Below are positions 12,961-30,990 of a stretch of DNA of 64,000 nucleotides, in pieces. The DNA is taken from assembly GCA_009914755.4 (NCBI GenBank), contig CP086569.2, positions 10,208,001 to 10,272,000 of the forward strand, given 5' to 3'. The position numbers and the translations under genes are program-made. How positions within the stretch are numbered: position 1 is the stretch's first letter; the number at the start of each line of letters is the position of its first letter. This DNA comes from the human T2T-CHM13v2.0 reference genome, Homo sapiens. The notes beneath the pieces are model-generated. The model saw only the letters and a program-made list of their open reading frames with translations, was not told the origin of the DNA and did no database searches.

Positions 12961-13084
12961 AACATACAGTTTTTAAAATGCCTTAACAAAATAAATGCAA
13001 ATACAATATTTTACTATAAAGCAGTGCTTTTCTTTTCTAGCAAAGTCTTTTTCATGACACAGGAAAGAATGCAAGCCATTTCGT

Positions 13085-13248
13085 AACTTGAGAAATAAAT
13101 ACATATGTGTACATGTATATATATACGTATATACATGTATATATGTATATAAATGTGCGTATATACATGTATATATGTATATAAATGTGCATATATACTT
13201 ATATACATGTATATACGTATATATGTGTGCATATATGTATTTTTATAT

Positions 13249-13284
<36 letters not shown>

Positions 13285-13290
13285 ATCCCA
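13085..13290. repeat. Complex (TATG/TATATAC)n plus (TA)n simple repeat
   Basis: atgtatatatatacgtatatacatgtatatatgtatataaatgtg... ending in tatatatatatatatatatatatatatg. Confidence 0.85.
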
Positions 13291-13429
13291 ATGAATGCTG
13301 ATGATGAGTTGAAAGATAGAAATTCCAGGCACAGAGACTATAGTCCATGAATTGAAACCTTCAGTGCATGTTTCAAAACAAGACGTGAGGAGGAGGAAGA
13401 AAAAAGCAAAAAACACAAAGCCATGGCAG

Positions 13430-13730
13430 GGCCATGGGTCACACCTGTCATCCCAGCACTTTGATAAGCTGAGGTGGGAGGATTGCCTGCACTCAGGAGT
13501 TCCAGATGAGCCTGGGGCAACATGGACCCACATTCAAAAAGTAAGTATTTAGTTAATTAATACATAGCTTGGAGGGGTGGCATGCACCTGTACTGCCAGG
13601 TGTGTGAGAGTCTGAGTTGACAGGATCACATGGGTGTGTGGTGCCTGGGCTGCAGTGGGCTGAGATCGTGGGGCTGCTGTCCAACCTAGAAGACAGAGTA
13701 AGACCCATTCTCGGAAAACAAACAAGAAAA
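13430..13730 (+). mobile_element. Alu (full length)
   Basis: ggccatgggtcacacctgtcatcccagcactttgataagctgaggtgggaggattgcctg...cctgggctgcagtgggctgagatcgtggggctgctgtccaacctagaagacagagtaagacccattctc. Confidence 0.85.
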
Positions 13731-16391
13731 CAGTCACATTAGGTAAATTAAAACTATGTAGTGTGAGGAGAATCAAAATAAACGAAACATCATTAGAGCC
13801 TACGCGATGTGATGAAGGAAACCAGCTTTCACATAATAACAGCCCCGGCTGGGGAGAACAATGAGAAAGGGCAGAGAGAACCCTGTAAATAATAACAAGC
13901 CAAATTCCCCAAATGAGTTAAAACACATAAAAGTACGAAGAGTGCTTCTTTTCAATTCAATGCCCTTGAATTCAGAATTAGAAAGTAAACCCAGATAGAG
14001 AATAGAAAGATAGACGATACAGATGGAGAGAGTGTGGTGGGGAAGCAAGGGAAGGATGAAAGGAGGGGTGTAAAGGAAGGAAAGGAAAAAAGGAAGGGAG
14101 AGAGAGTGACAGATGTTCAAAGACACAGATACAAAGTCTACAATGGTTGTAGAGATAGGCATGTGCAAATTGCCGCAGGGAGTGTGGAAAAATATCGGAA
14201 CCACGGAGACATAGGTGGAGTCAGAGAAAATATACAAACCCGCACAGAGAAATAAACATACGCAACCACAAACACACACGTGCTACTTTAAACACGAAAA
14301 GACACCAAGTCCCTGTCGGTACAAATCACAGATGTGCTTCCGAGTTACTGAGGCACGGTGCAAATTTGTCAGTGCCCTTAGCATCTGTGGCCCACGTGCA
14401 CGGATATTCAGTGGAAGAAGCATTACACAGCCTGTATAATTCAGCACGATCTGTGATAATACCAGAAGAAGGGATCTCATGTGAAATCACTAGACTGAAT
14501 TGCACGTAGGATTCAAGGAAGAAGCCCAGTCTGCTGCATTCACTCGGTGGGGTGGCAATATGGCTGAGCCACCAACCCGTGGCACGCCCATCCATCGTAG
14601 ACAGTTCCTGGTTTGCTACCTGCCTTGGAAAAAGCTCCTCCCCTACCACCACTTTAAAACAGGCTAGCTCCAAAACTAGCCCTGGCATCTATTTACGGTC
14701 ATTTTCTTATCTATTTACCTCCTAGAAAAATCATTGCAAGACCCTTTCCTCAACATTTTCCTATGCCTTAAATTTGGGGCAACACGTTTTAAGACGACCT
14801 CGTTATAGGCAAGTCCCCAGACGTTTCCTAATCTGAGTTGCCCAGAGTGCACACACCAATCTGTTGCCCCATTGCCGCTATAGGGATACCGTACTGGACC
14901 ACAGTGTCTTTGACATGCACACAGTAGGATAGAGGGCAGCTTGAGGGGGCCAAAGGGTTCCGACTGTTTTCAGAATAATTTGCTTAGAACACCTGTTTCT
15001 CCTGTGTTTGTGGGTCAGGGGGACGGTAGTCAGAGGAGGACAAGACTCCCGCTCCAGAGCTTCAGAGGTCTGCATAGGAGCAGGGACAAAACCGGGCGAT
15101 AGATTTTCAAAGCTCAACTGCTTTGACACCGAGCAGGAGGGGTAGAATGCATATTGCAGGCACCACAACAGATTCAGGAACTTTGACTGTCAAACCCTCT
15201 TCCCTGAAACAACATAGCTCTTCTCACAGAAGCTGTGCTGACCAGAGTCTATACGGGACAGCAATGTTAGCACTCTAGTAGCGTGTGGTCAACATGGATG
15301 CTCGTGTTGGAACTGTTTCATCTGGGAACAGGAAAGAAAGTTCTGCCTCCGACACTGAAATCCTCCTGCCCCATCCTTGACAGAGGCAACCCCTTGTCTT
15401 GTGCAGACACACGTGTTCCTGGGAAGCAGCCTCCCACTCGCGAATGAAAGCTGTATGTTTTGTCCTCCTGTGTGAGGCTTGCAAAACATATTCCGCAACT
15501 ATATTCGCTTTACGTTCTAAACCTTAGGCAAACTATGCTGAAGAGGCCACAGAAAATTTAGGGGCCCTGGGCTCCAGATACAATCTGCAGTGCCAATCAC
15601 GAGGGAGAACAGAGCCTCACTAGACTTTGCAAGAGCACAAAATGCACTCGTACTGTTGTTAGCTACATACGTTATTGGCTCCTCACCTAACACAGAATCT
15701 TGGAGAAAAGCTTAAAACAACTAAAGATGTAAACATCAACAAGAGTGTCCATATCCTGGGTCATCAAGTGACAAGAGAGTCCATGGATGGATTCTCCAAC
15801 AATCTTATATTCCACTAATCCACCCCCTTTCCCCTCACTTCTGTAAGTTTCTGTTTTCCCTTAGTCATCTATGCCAAAAGCGTATCCTGAATGCCTTCCC
15901 ACATGCCTCTGTCACCTTTCCCACAGTCCCTCCATACACCTTACATGCCCATTTCTTCTCACGTTGATGTTTTAGAAGTCCTGAGAGGCTGATTGTCCCA
16001 GAAAAGGATCATGCATTCACCTTTAAAAGAACATGTGGATTCAACACGAAAGCGAACTTTAAGATTTCCATCATCCTGTGCTTAGCTACTGTGTATGATG
16101 ATACCCAAAATGAAGGATTTTGGAGGTCCCAGCAAACTGGGCCCTGGAAACCCAGTAACCCCATTCCTTGAACTATCTCTGCTTCCATAGGACGAAGTCA
16201 GCCTCCAACTAAGCTGTCTTTTGCTTTTACCTCTCCCACTCTGTCCTGTAGGAAGAATCCCAACACATCCCACACCCATTCACTCTACAACTTTAGAGGC
16301 CCAGCTCCAACGCAGACTGGTTATTTCCATGAAGAGAATAAAGCACGTGGATTGATCAATTCATTATGACACCCGAATAAAGTGGATAAAC

Positions 16392-16450
16392 ATACACACA
16401 CACACACACACACACAAACACAAAGACACACACACACACACAGACACAGA
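16392..16450. repeat. (CA)n microsatellite. It reads (TG)n on the TSPY transcript strand, immediately 3' of the TSPY poly(A) signal.
   Basis: acacacacacacacacacacaaacacaaagacacacacacacacacagacacag. Confidence 0.9.
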
Positions 16451-16470
16451 GTCACACATCCTTGAGAATG

Positions 16471-16476
16471 TTTATT
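16471..16476 (-). other. TSPY: Candidate TSPY polyadenylation signal (AATAAA on the minus strand)
   Basis: Plus-strand tttatt lies about 175 nt downstream of the TGA stop (16647..16649) and is followed by a GT-rich tract on the transcript strand. Confidence 0.4.
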
Positions 16477-16646
16477 TTTCATTCCATACAATCCACATTT
16501 ACCCCCTCTTCCTGAATTTTTGTGACTCGATCTCTTTTTCCTTTAGTTCCTGTGCATAAGACCATGCTGAGTACTGCTGTCCTGCATATGGCTGTAACTT
16601 TTTAGGAGTTCTGCTGTATTAGGTAAAATCTGATGCTCCATCATAT

Positions 16647-16669
16647 TCAACTCAACAACTGGGAGTCCC
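16647..16669 (-). CDS. TSPY: TSPY exon 6 (codons G-DSQLLS plus stop)
   Basis: Minus strand ctctag|GGGACTCCCAGTTGTTGAGTTGA. With the single nucleotide carried over from exon 5 this gives G D S Q L L S *. The AG acceptor is plus-strand ct at 16670..16671. Confidence 0.8.
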
Positions 16670-17363
16670 CTAGAGAAACACAAACTCATGTTAAAACGCA
16701 TTTTCTCTGAGCCATACTTTGAAATGTTTCAATTGTGGGGCCCGCTGAGAAAAGGATATCCCTTCCCCATTTGTGATCCCTTAAACTTCCTCCTACCACG
16801 TGTTACAAACTGTTCTGCGCAATCCCTGCCCCATTCCCAGTATTGTCTGTGAGGGGAGTCAGCTAACAAGATGCACTGGGCCCTAAAAGCACACACAAGT
16901 CTGATGGGGCAACAGCTTAAGGAAATCCATGAATCTAAACAGTCCTTTGTGGTTTGGGGCAAGGATGACCAGGACGCACATTCAGGGAGCCCAATCTCAT
17001 GGGGTTGGTGGGATGACTGCCGGTGGGGTTGACAGCCGTGGAATCAAGTGCCACAGACTGAACTGAATGATTTTCAGCTTTACTTCTCATTGATTCTGGA
17101 AATGGACGATTCTTCACTGGGCTTAAGACTCCACAGCTATCACCCGCTTTGCAGTGCAGTCTCTAACGTGCCTTTTCAGCCCAATGCCATGAACGTCCTG
17201 GATTCTGTCACTCTCTGTCTTCCTCTCAAGGAATTTCTACATGTACGAAAGGAGCCTCAATTTCTACATTTCTGAAATGAGCACCCAGGCTCCCTGAATA
17301 GGCAGGTGTGTCAACCCCCTTATACTGGGCATCAAACAGCTCCAGTGCCAACTAACGGCTCAC

Positions 17364-17445
17364 CTGACGTCTCTGTTCCCTCTTCAGGTGGCTTCATCCT
17401 CTTGTAGTATTGCAGGGGATTGCGCCACAGGTCCTTACATAGGAT
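17364..17445 (-). CDS. TSPY: TSPY exon 5 ([28 protein letters not shown])
   Basis: Minus strand tgacag|ATCCTATGTAAGGACCTGTGGCGCAATCCCCTGCAATACTACAAGAGGATGAAGCCACCTGAAGAGGGAACAGAGACGTCAG|gtgagc. This is 82 nt in phase 0 at its start, leaving 1 nt to carry over. Confidence 0.85.
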
Positions 17446-17551
17446 CTGTCAGGGGACTCAATCGGGAAAGGCCTCATCAGGGCTCAGAAAGGTGACCCAA
17501 GCAGCTGGGAACACACGGGGTCATTCCTCATGTTTCCCAGTGAGGACTCAC

Positions 17552-17697
17552 CTCAGCAATCTTGTTAGATCCTGCGAAGTTGTGGTCAGAGAACCAGTTG
17601 AAGAAGTTAAGGCTGCTGTTGTGGTGTCTGCGGCGATAGGCCTCCACTTCATAATCCGGATACCACTCAATTGGAGTGGAATGAGAAGCCCTGTATT
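17552..17697 (-). CDS. TSPY: TSPY exon 4 (-[49 protein letters not shown])
   Basis: Minus strand ctgtag|AATACAGGGCTTCTCATTCC...AAGATTGCTGAG|gtgagt. This is 146 nt, made of 2 nt that complete the E codon plus 48 codons. It matches ORF 17528..17791. Confidence 0.85.
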
Positions 17698-17798
17698 CTA
17701 CAGAGACAGGAGTTTTTGTGGGAAGGGGGCTGGATCCCGTTGGCAATGATCCACCCACCATCTTCCTTCCACTACCCATCCTGGGAGCCACCTGTCAC

Positions 17799-17910
17799 CT
17801 GTGATGTTCACCAGATATTCCTTGGTAATCACTTTATTCTGGAAGTAGGGGTTACTCCGAAAGAACAACATGATCTTGCAGAGATGAACACGATGCTTCT
17901 CTTCTTCCAC
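17799..17910 (-). CDS. TSPY: TSPY exon 3 ([37 protein letters not shown])
   Basis: Minus strand cctgacag|GTGGAAGAAGAGAAGCATCGTGTTCATCTC...AACATCACAG|gtgacagg. This is 112 nt. It matches ORF 17698..17910. Confidence 0.85.
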
Positions 17911-18038
17911 CTGTCAGGACAAGGTGGAGAAAGCTTAGATAGGTTTTCGGGTGAGGTGCTCACTCTTGCTTACAGGAATGAATTATTTCCCTTACCCTCC
18001 CCCGCTAAACCCTCCAGCCCCAGTCTTCCTGGCCTCAC

Positions 18039-18116
18039 CTCCAGGCTGACCATGTAGCTCAGCATGTCTTCATCTTCGTCAGTGATCAGGGCTGACATCT
18101 GGGGGTGGTTTGCAAT
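18039..18116 (-). CDS. TSPY: TSPY exon 2 ([26 protein letters not shown])
   Basis: Minus strand cctaaatcag|ATTGCAAACCACCCCCAGATGTCAGCCCTGATCACTGACGAAGATGAAGACATGCTGAGCTACATGGTCAGCCTGGAG|gtgaggcc. This is 78 nt (26 codons). Confidence 0.85.
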
Positions 18117-18717
18117 CTGATTTAGGTCAAAGAGACTTTAATGGAAGGGAAAGCGAGGAGCAACAGGGAAGAAGGCCTAAGAGCACCCAGAGGCTGGGGT
18201 AGGGGATTTCTCAGATCTGCTTCCATGTATGATCTCCTTTCGCCTCCCCGTCCCCGTAAACTAAGGCCTCCTGTGTTCACAGAGGGTGTATGATTCTGAG
18301 GCTGACTGCACTGACATGGGGAGGCGCGATTTGCAGAGACTTGCTGGTGTCTGAGGAGTGGCAGAATCTGCTTATAGCCGAAGACGCCCAGTCCCAGATC
18401 GGACTAGCAAGGGGCAGCAATCACACTCCCTTAAAAATAGCTTCATTCACTGAAAAACCTCTTCCGCTCTGAACTCGCTTCTGCTCTTCAAAAAGATGCC
18501 CCAAACGTCTGCTGCTCGGCATCACCAAGGGTTTCTCTGCCGCATGCAGGACAATAGTACCCACGCCTTCTCCGCCTTTCCACAGCCACATTGGTCCGTG
18601 GCAACTCCCCTTTGTTCCCCAAAGAGTCACATCGACGCCGAGCTGCCCATCGGTCACTTACACTTCCCCGAGAGCACCTCTCCACTAGAAAGGCCGAAGA
18701 AACACTGAGAAGGATAC

Positions 18718-19203
18718 AACATTGGCCCAGAAGCCAGGGACGCTCTGGATGACGGCGCCTCTGCGGTCTAGGTGGGGCTTGCGCCTCCGCTCCATCTTTT
18801 CCCGCTGCCGAGAAAAGGCCTTCCTGGCTTGGGCATTAACCGGCTCCAGCTCCACCTGAACGGCCAGCAGCTCCTCCAGTGCAGACTCTGGGGTCATGGG
18901 CCCAGGGCCAGGCACAGCCTGCTGTGCCCGCTGGGCCTCCTCCCGCCGCTCCACGAGGCCCTCCTCCTCCGCCACCACCTCCACCTCCGCCATTATGTCA
19001 TCCAACAGCAGCACCGCCTCCTCCCCCAAAGCCGCCTGCTCACTCTCCACCCCGGCCGCCCCCTCCTGCACAGCCTCCATCCTGAAGGCGGTGCCCTCCT
19101 TGGCACTCGCACACACCAAGGCCTGTGCTGCCCGACCCACGCCACAGGAACCCTGCCGCAGCCTCTCTGGCACCCGGTAGGTCAGCGAGCCCTCAGGGCG
19201 CAT
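18718..19203 (-). CDS. TSPY: TSPY exon 1 coding part ([23 protein letters not shown]...[15 protein letters not shown], 162 codons)
   Basis: ORF 18685..19290 on the minus strand contains the full TSPY N-terminus from M30 onward. The ATG is at 19201..19203 (plus-strand cat). The donor is GCCAATGTT|gtatcc. The translation is near-identical to the TSPY1 protein as I recall it. The NAP-domain motif ...[19 protein letters not shown] is present. Confidence 0.9.
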
Positions 19204-20150
19204 GCGCCGGGCTTCCAGGCGCCCCCTAAGGGACTGCGCGCGAAGAGCCGGGGGGCCGCACCCAGGCCGACTTCCTCCCGTCGTGGCCAATCAATGGAAG
19301 GGCGGTGGGCGTCTCCCTGGGCGGCACAGCCACTGGCGGGCCTGCATCTCCAGCCCCCCCACCCCCCGCCTTCCCTGCCCAAGCCTCCTCCGAGAAGCCC
19401 TTGGAACTTGTGCCGGGTAGCTAGGCGTCCGGGCACACGCGGGCTGCGTGGCCTTTGGAATTGTGGGCATGGCAGCCCTGTGCCCTGACATCCTCAGTGT
19501 GGCAAGCCATGAACATCTCTATGTGTCATGAACACAGGAAACATCTCTCTTCATTAGGCAGGCCAGGTAGATGGTACATAAGGAATATTGCAGATCCAGA
19601 GGAGAACTTTCTCTGGTTGCTGGGGCGAGGGCGGCGGGGGTGGCCTAGCAGAAGTGAGTCGGGGCGGGTATGTGGGAGGAAAGTCACCTGCTTGTGCAGA
19701 GGTGGAATTCGTCTGCACTGTAGGCTAGAACCCTGGCATGTACTCTCGCAGGTCGAGGCAAATACAGGCTCCGAGTACCATGCTTCCTCCCTGAGGATGC
19801 TGTACTCCAAGGAGCATTCCAAAGGGCCTCTAGTCCTGTGCCCTGGGCACACCAGAGGCCAGCCGCCAGGGTTGGCCATTGTCGGCCTGCGCGCACGCTG
19901 TTGTGCACTGCCTTGACGACCCAGAGGCTCCCGCACCCGCAGCAGCCGCTGCGGTGCCTGCTGGTGGGGCTCTGGAAGCACAGGGCCTCGGCCTCTGGCT
20001 TCTGAGCTCCTATGCGCAGTTGACCCTGCTGTGGTCCTGAGCCCCACGGCGAGTGCGGCCATCTGCGGGCCCAGCGGGGCTCCTCAGGAAACCTGGGTCC
20101 ATGTAGGTGTGGGACTAGGTTTTCAGCAGGGAGAGGCCCGTGGGTCTTTC
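19204..20150. promoter_or_regulatory. GC-rich CpG island with divergent, likely bidirectional promoters for TSPY (minus) and the TSPY-like pseudogene (plus)
   Basis: Very high GC and CpG density between the two diverging starts. On the TSPY strand a CCAAT box in inverted orientation (plus-strand tcgtggccaatcaatgg at about 19281..19297) lies about 85 bp upstream of the ATG. There is no obvious TATA box. All ORFs in this interval are GC-driven and spurious. Confidence 0.5.
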
Positions 20151-20317
20151 ACGGAGCGGGCCTCTTGGGGAGCAGCCCCCAGAGCATAGGGATACCGGGG
20201 ATGTGCTGGGCTGTGCAGGCCAGGGTCTGTGGGAGCACCCAGGAGGGCACCGTGTTCAGGCTGGAGGCTCTGCTGGAGAGGACGGCCGGGGTACAGAGCA
20301 AGGAGGCAGCCTTGGAA

Positions 20318-26160
<5,843 letters not shown>

Positions 26161-27419
26161 ACAACATTGTCATTCTTTAATCACTTTTTAAATGCCACTC
26201 TTCAAAAGTAACAAGTAAATTTTACTTAAGAAATTCCAAATGCCAAGTCAAGTTCAGCTTCATTTTCATAAAGAGGTAAAAAGAAAACAAATCAAAAAAC
26301 CTTCTTTTTCCTTTGTTTTGAAGTTAGCAAAGAGTTGGAAAACCAATCATGTCTACTTTGGTTTACAAAATTGACTGTACAGAGAAAGATCCTCATATAA
26401 ATGTTTTCAGATCTAAAATCTTGTGAAGTTATCATCAGAACCATCATCTTATAAAACAAAAACACATTTCCTAGTGGGTCTCTTGTGTGGATTAAACATC
26501 TTATTATTAGTAATGTATACAATTGTGATTACAGTTACTCCTTGAAACATAATATTAAAAATACAAATCTCATTTATTTTTTACAACTGCTACCCCAGTG
26601 AGAAAAAATAACACTGACCTGGTGTAATAATTTGTGCCCCAGAGAGCCAGCCTTCTGGACTATTCAGATTCTTCAGACAGCCGGAGTGCTGAGAGCCGAA
26701 TGGGAGTCTGGACATCTTGGAGGAGTAGCAATGCCAGGATATTTCTTGCTGCTCCACTCACCAACCAGAATCTCTCATGCAGCAGAATGGTAGACACCTT
26801 CACAACTCTCAGTTGTGCCCCAGGATGCCTCAGGCCCAGTATCACAGCAGTGTCTTCAGGACTCCTGTGTGCATCGGCAAAGATTTATTACAATACATTC
26901 ATTAGAAAACCTGAACCTTAAACCTACATCAGGCTTTCTAGCATATTTCTTTATTTATGATACATAAGGTCCCTAGCTCATCTTCAGAGAAATCAGAAAT
27001 CTATGGATAAAGAGTTCATAGACAAGGGGATTGCAGAGGAATTGACTAACAGAGGTACTAATAAGCCAAACACTGTGACAAAATTTCTTTTTAGCCTAAA
27101 ACAAAAATGTTATCCATATAAGTGAGATGCTCATGTATTATAGAAGTGAATTAGGAAGAGAAACCTTCAGCAATGTACTTATGGGATCATAAATCATAGG
27201 ATATGGGAAGAGGCAGGCACAAACTTACATGTTCCTGACACAGTGGGCAGCTATGAGAACCCATGAGCTGCTAACTATGGACCCGCTGTAGACCTGACTG
27301 CCACAGCTGATGATCCCAGCCTGCCAAGGCATGGCATATTGCAGAGAAATCTGATCTGCTGAAGCTGAAGAGAAAAATAAGCTAATTGTGCTAATTTGAA
27401 TAGAATTGCCATCTGTAGA

Positions 27420-27420
<1 letters not shown>

Positions 27421-27463
<43 letters not shown>

Positions 27464-27748
27464 TGAGACAGAGCCTCACTCTGTTTCCCAGGCTGGAGTG
27501 CAGTGGCGTGCTCTCTGCTCAGTGCAAACTCCGCCTCCTGGGTTCCTGCCATTCTCCTGCCTCAGCCTCCTGAGTAGCTGGGATCACAGATGTCCATCAC
27601 TGTGCCTGGCTAATTTTTTTTGTATTTTTTAGTAGAGACGGGGTTTCACCATGTTAGCCAGGATGGTCTCGATCTCCTGACCTCGGGATCCGCCCGCCTC
27701 AGCCTCCCAAAGTTCTGGGATTACAGGTGTGAGCCACCGCACCTGGCC
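27421..27748 (-). mobile_element. AluY-like element with a 42 nt poly-T (poly-A tail on the minus strand)
   Basis: t(42) followed by gtgagacagagcctcactctgtttcccaggctggagtgcagtggcgtgctctctgctcagtgcaaactccgcctcctgggttcctgccattctcctgcctcagcctcctgagtagctgggatcacag...ggtgtgagccaccgcacctggcc. The long pure tail and low divergence suggest a young insertion. Confidence 0.9.
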
Positions 27749-30274
27749 CATTTTTTTAAGTTTTAAATCCCTCCTATTTGTGCTAACCAAATTAGCATTG
27801 TTAAATATGACCAGCAAAGACAAGCTTCTACGTCTTTTGTGTTCATGCATTTTTCTTGAAAAGAAGTGTTCCTCTTACTATCTTTCTGAGTTCATAGTTT
27901 CTTTATGTCATAGCTTAAATTTCTTTAATCAAAATATTGGGAGTCATCCCAGCTTTCTCCCCCATTGCAACATTTATATATCTATGATTGTAGCTACCCA
28001 GAAATCACTGAAGTAGATAGGCAACAAAAAAATGTAATGATTTGAATGTATTAATAAATAATGAAAAATTTGGAGATAAAGCACCTGTCTCTAAAATGGA
28101 GGGGGCTTTTCTTCCTAAACTTATAATTTTAGTGAGATATCAAACCAATAGTTTAAATAGAAAATTCAAGATTGAGGTTCAGGAAAGAGCTCATATTTTT
28201 AAAATTATTTTAGCGTTCCTCAGAAAACTGAGTTGAAGCAATGCTCGTTTATATATATAGAGAGAGAGATAAAAATGTTGAAGATAACCTGTCTGTAGAA
28301 GGGGTAAGGAAGTATAGATGAAATTAGAAGCATAACTAAGATGTTAAGTGTAGTTGTCTTTGAGTTAGACTTTGGAGGATGTGAGCAAATAATTATGGCC
28401 TCTTTTATGTTTTAAGTGTATTATTCACTGTAACTATGGCGATAGGTGGTAGCTATAAAATAGCTGTGGCTAAGTGCACATTTAACTCATGAGACCAAAA
28501 GAGATCCCTCAATTTCTAAGGAAACAAGTAGAAGTACAGTAATGTGAAATAGCCATTGCTAATATTGTGATAGGTTTTCTGATAGCCAAAGGAAGGGGGA
28601 AACTGATAATAGCAACGTAACCCAATCTAGTACACCAGCACCTAAAACTCATTACTTACCAACTATTACACTGTTTCCAAACATCAAAATATCTTTAACT
28701 TAAAATATACTTAATTTAAAATAACTCTATTACAAATGCAAGCTACTGTGTGGTAGTAAAGAAATGTCTTTGTGTTAGAAGAGTGTGTCTTAATATTAGC
28801 CCTATTCATCTTTTGCCATGAGAAATCGATCAATCCATTCTACTTATCTAGTATCAGAATACACATTTAAGATAACTATAATAATCACGTTAAATGATCT
28901 CTATCATGATCTATAGGGATACTATGGAAATTGAATAATATATCAAGTATGAAATGCCTTTGTAAGCCATAAGGAAATAACTTCCATGATTTGGGAGATA
29001 AAATATTGTGCATTTTTCAGGAAGAGCTTTCTCTCCTCTCTCCTTCCATCTACTCTTTTCTATTTCAATTACCTTCTTCTTTGGCTTTGCCTACCAAGGT
29101 TTTGAGCCTTACTCTGAGGCTGTGGCAGAGAGATGAAGTGTGGCCAAATGGAAGTGGGAGCGGAGATAAAAGTCAAGGCATCTTTAGAAGCAGAGACTGA
29201 AAGGGACATGGAAGCAGAGGTAGTCATGGGCCCCTGGTGGTGCCAGGGTGCATGGCTAGGCCATGGCACTCCCAGGAGCCAGAAAGAAAAGGGTGCACTT
29301 GGCTGAAGACACAGGGCTTTGTGCAATGCTCCTCAAAGTGACTCAAGATTCCCACTTGCACCCAAGTGTCCTTTTGCTGTAGATGGCATACGAAAGGTGC
29401 TCCCAAGTCACGCTGCAAGAAACAAAGATACAAGATATGAATCAATATTTTGAAGGAGGGCCAGAAGTAACTTTTAGTGTGCAAGATATTCCTCTTTCTT
29501 CCTGGCATTCATACCCCATGAATTTGTCCCCTTACAGCCAGCCTCCCCAACAGCTGTCTTGGCCTCTACACAAAAAGTGAATTCATTCAGCTTGGGGCAC
29601 AATTGGGCACAAGGGCTGACTTGTTGGTTGCTCAGGTGCCCTTTTTGCAGAATTCCAGAACTTCCTGATAGAAAACACAGAAGAGGTGTTTGTGTTTGTT
29701 TGTTTTCAAATTTAGCCTAGATTAGAGGGGGAAGTATGGTGAAGAGAAATACATTTTTTTTTATTATTCAAGAGAGGATACTATTCTCTTTCCAAACATG
29801 CTTCTCTTCCATCCCAGGGTCTTCTTCATTACTCAGCCCTCATAAGGGACCAGCTAGATAGCCAATAGTCATATAGTTGTGTAAATTTCTCCTGTTCCAG
29901 ACTTTCCTCCAAGCATAGAGGAAACACCAGGGGTTGAAAATGTAGTGGCTGCTTCAGGAAGATCAACCCAGGTCCTAGAGGTCCCTTGGGAGCTAGGTAG
30001 GGTATGGCATGGTCAATGCTCACAGTCAGCTTGGGCAGATTCCAGAAGATGACTAAGCCCCACTGGACTAGGGCCAGGGCTCCTGAGCTTTTTCTGGGGA
30101 AAAAAAATCAAGAAAAATCTTATTATTTCCACATTTCAATTTGAATGAAGCCCTGGAGGTCACATGAATCCAGATGAAGTCCAGGTAAGCACTAAAGTAG
30201 AAATACTTCTTTAGAAACTATTTTCGAGGATCATTTGAGACCAGGTGCACAACATGATAAGAGCTTATTTATGC

Positions 30275-30428
30275 CAAAATAAAAATAGCCAGATGCAGTG
30301 GTGTGTGCCTGTGGTCCCATGTACTCAGGAGGCAGAGGTGGGATAATCTCTTAATATTGGGAGTTTGAGGCTACTTGTGAATCACGCCACTGCACTCCAG
30401 CCTGGGCAACAGAGTAAGACCTTGTTTC
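30275..30428 (+). mobile_element. Alu right-arm fragment (FRAM/Alu monomer-like)
   Basis: aaaataaaaatagccagatgcagtggtgtgtgcctgtggtcccatgtactcaggaggcagaggtgggataatc...gccactgcactccagcctgggcaacagagtaagaccttgtttc. Confidence 0.7.
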
Positions 30429-30430
30429 TA

Positions 30431-30475
30431 TCTCTGTTTCTCTCTGTCTCTCTCACACACACAGACACACACAAA
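30431..30475. repeat. (TC)n/(CA)n compound microsatellite
   Basis: tctctgtttctctctgtctctctcacacacacagacacacacaaa. Confidence 0.8.
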
Positions 30476-30944
30476 TAAAGGGAAAGATATTCATTAACAA
30501 TCTCCAGTTGTAATTGCTTTATAATGATATCTTAATCTTGAAATGAATTACTTAGATTTACATAAAATAGGCACATCTAGCTGTGGTAAGGATACACTGT
30601 TCATTTAGTATGGAGCCAGCACAGAAATGGGAGAAAGACAGTTGTAGAGAAACTGTCAAGGGAATTCACCAATTCCTGCCTCCCAGCAGCTGGGACAGAG
30701 GGTTACATGGCCAGGGCATAATCCACACTCCGCAGAAGGAATACACATGTGGAATAGAGTGAGATTAGTGTTACCACTCTCCTATTTCTAAAATCTAATT
30801 TTAGGTTTTTAGGAATATGCTTGAGAAATTCAGTATCTTCAATTCTGAGACAATGCTTCGAAATATGCATTATTCACCCTAAAATTTCAGATATACTACA
30901 GAGGTTATCTGCATACTTTCCCTTTAAATAATAATGTAAAGTAT

Positions 30945-30990
30945 ATATATATATACACACATATATATATATCTTATTTATATCCAAGAT
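30945..30990. repeat. (TA)n microsatellite
   Basis: gtatatatatatatacacacatatatatatatc. Confidence 0.8.

Noticed and set aside
13800-14279. 159 aa minus-strand ORF
   Set aside because: It lies in a purine-rich low-complexity tract (ggaaggaaaggaaaaaaggaagggagagagag) with a Cys/Leu/Phe-rich nonsense translation. This is a compositional artefact.
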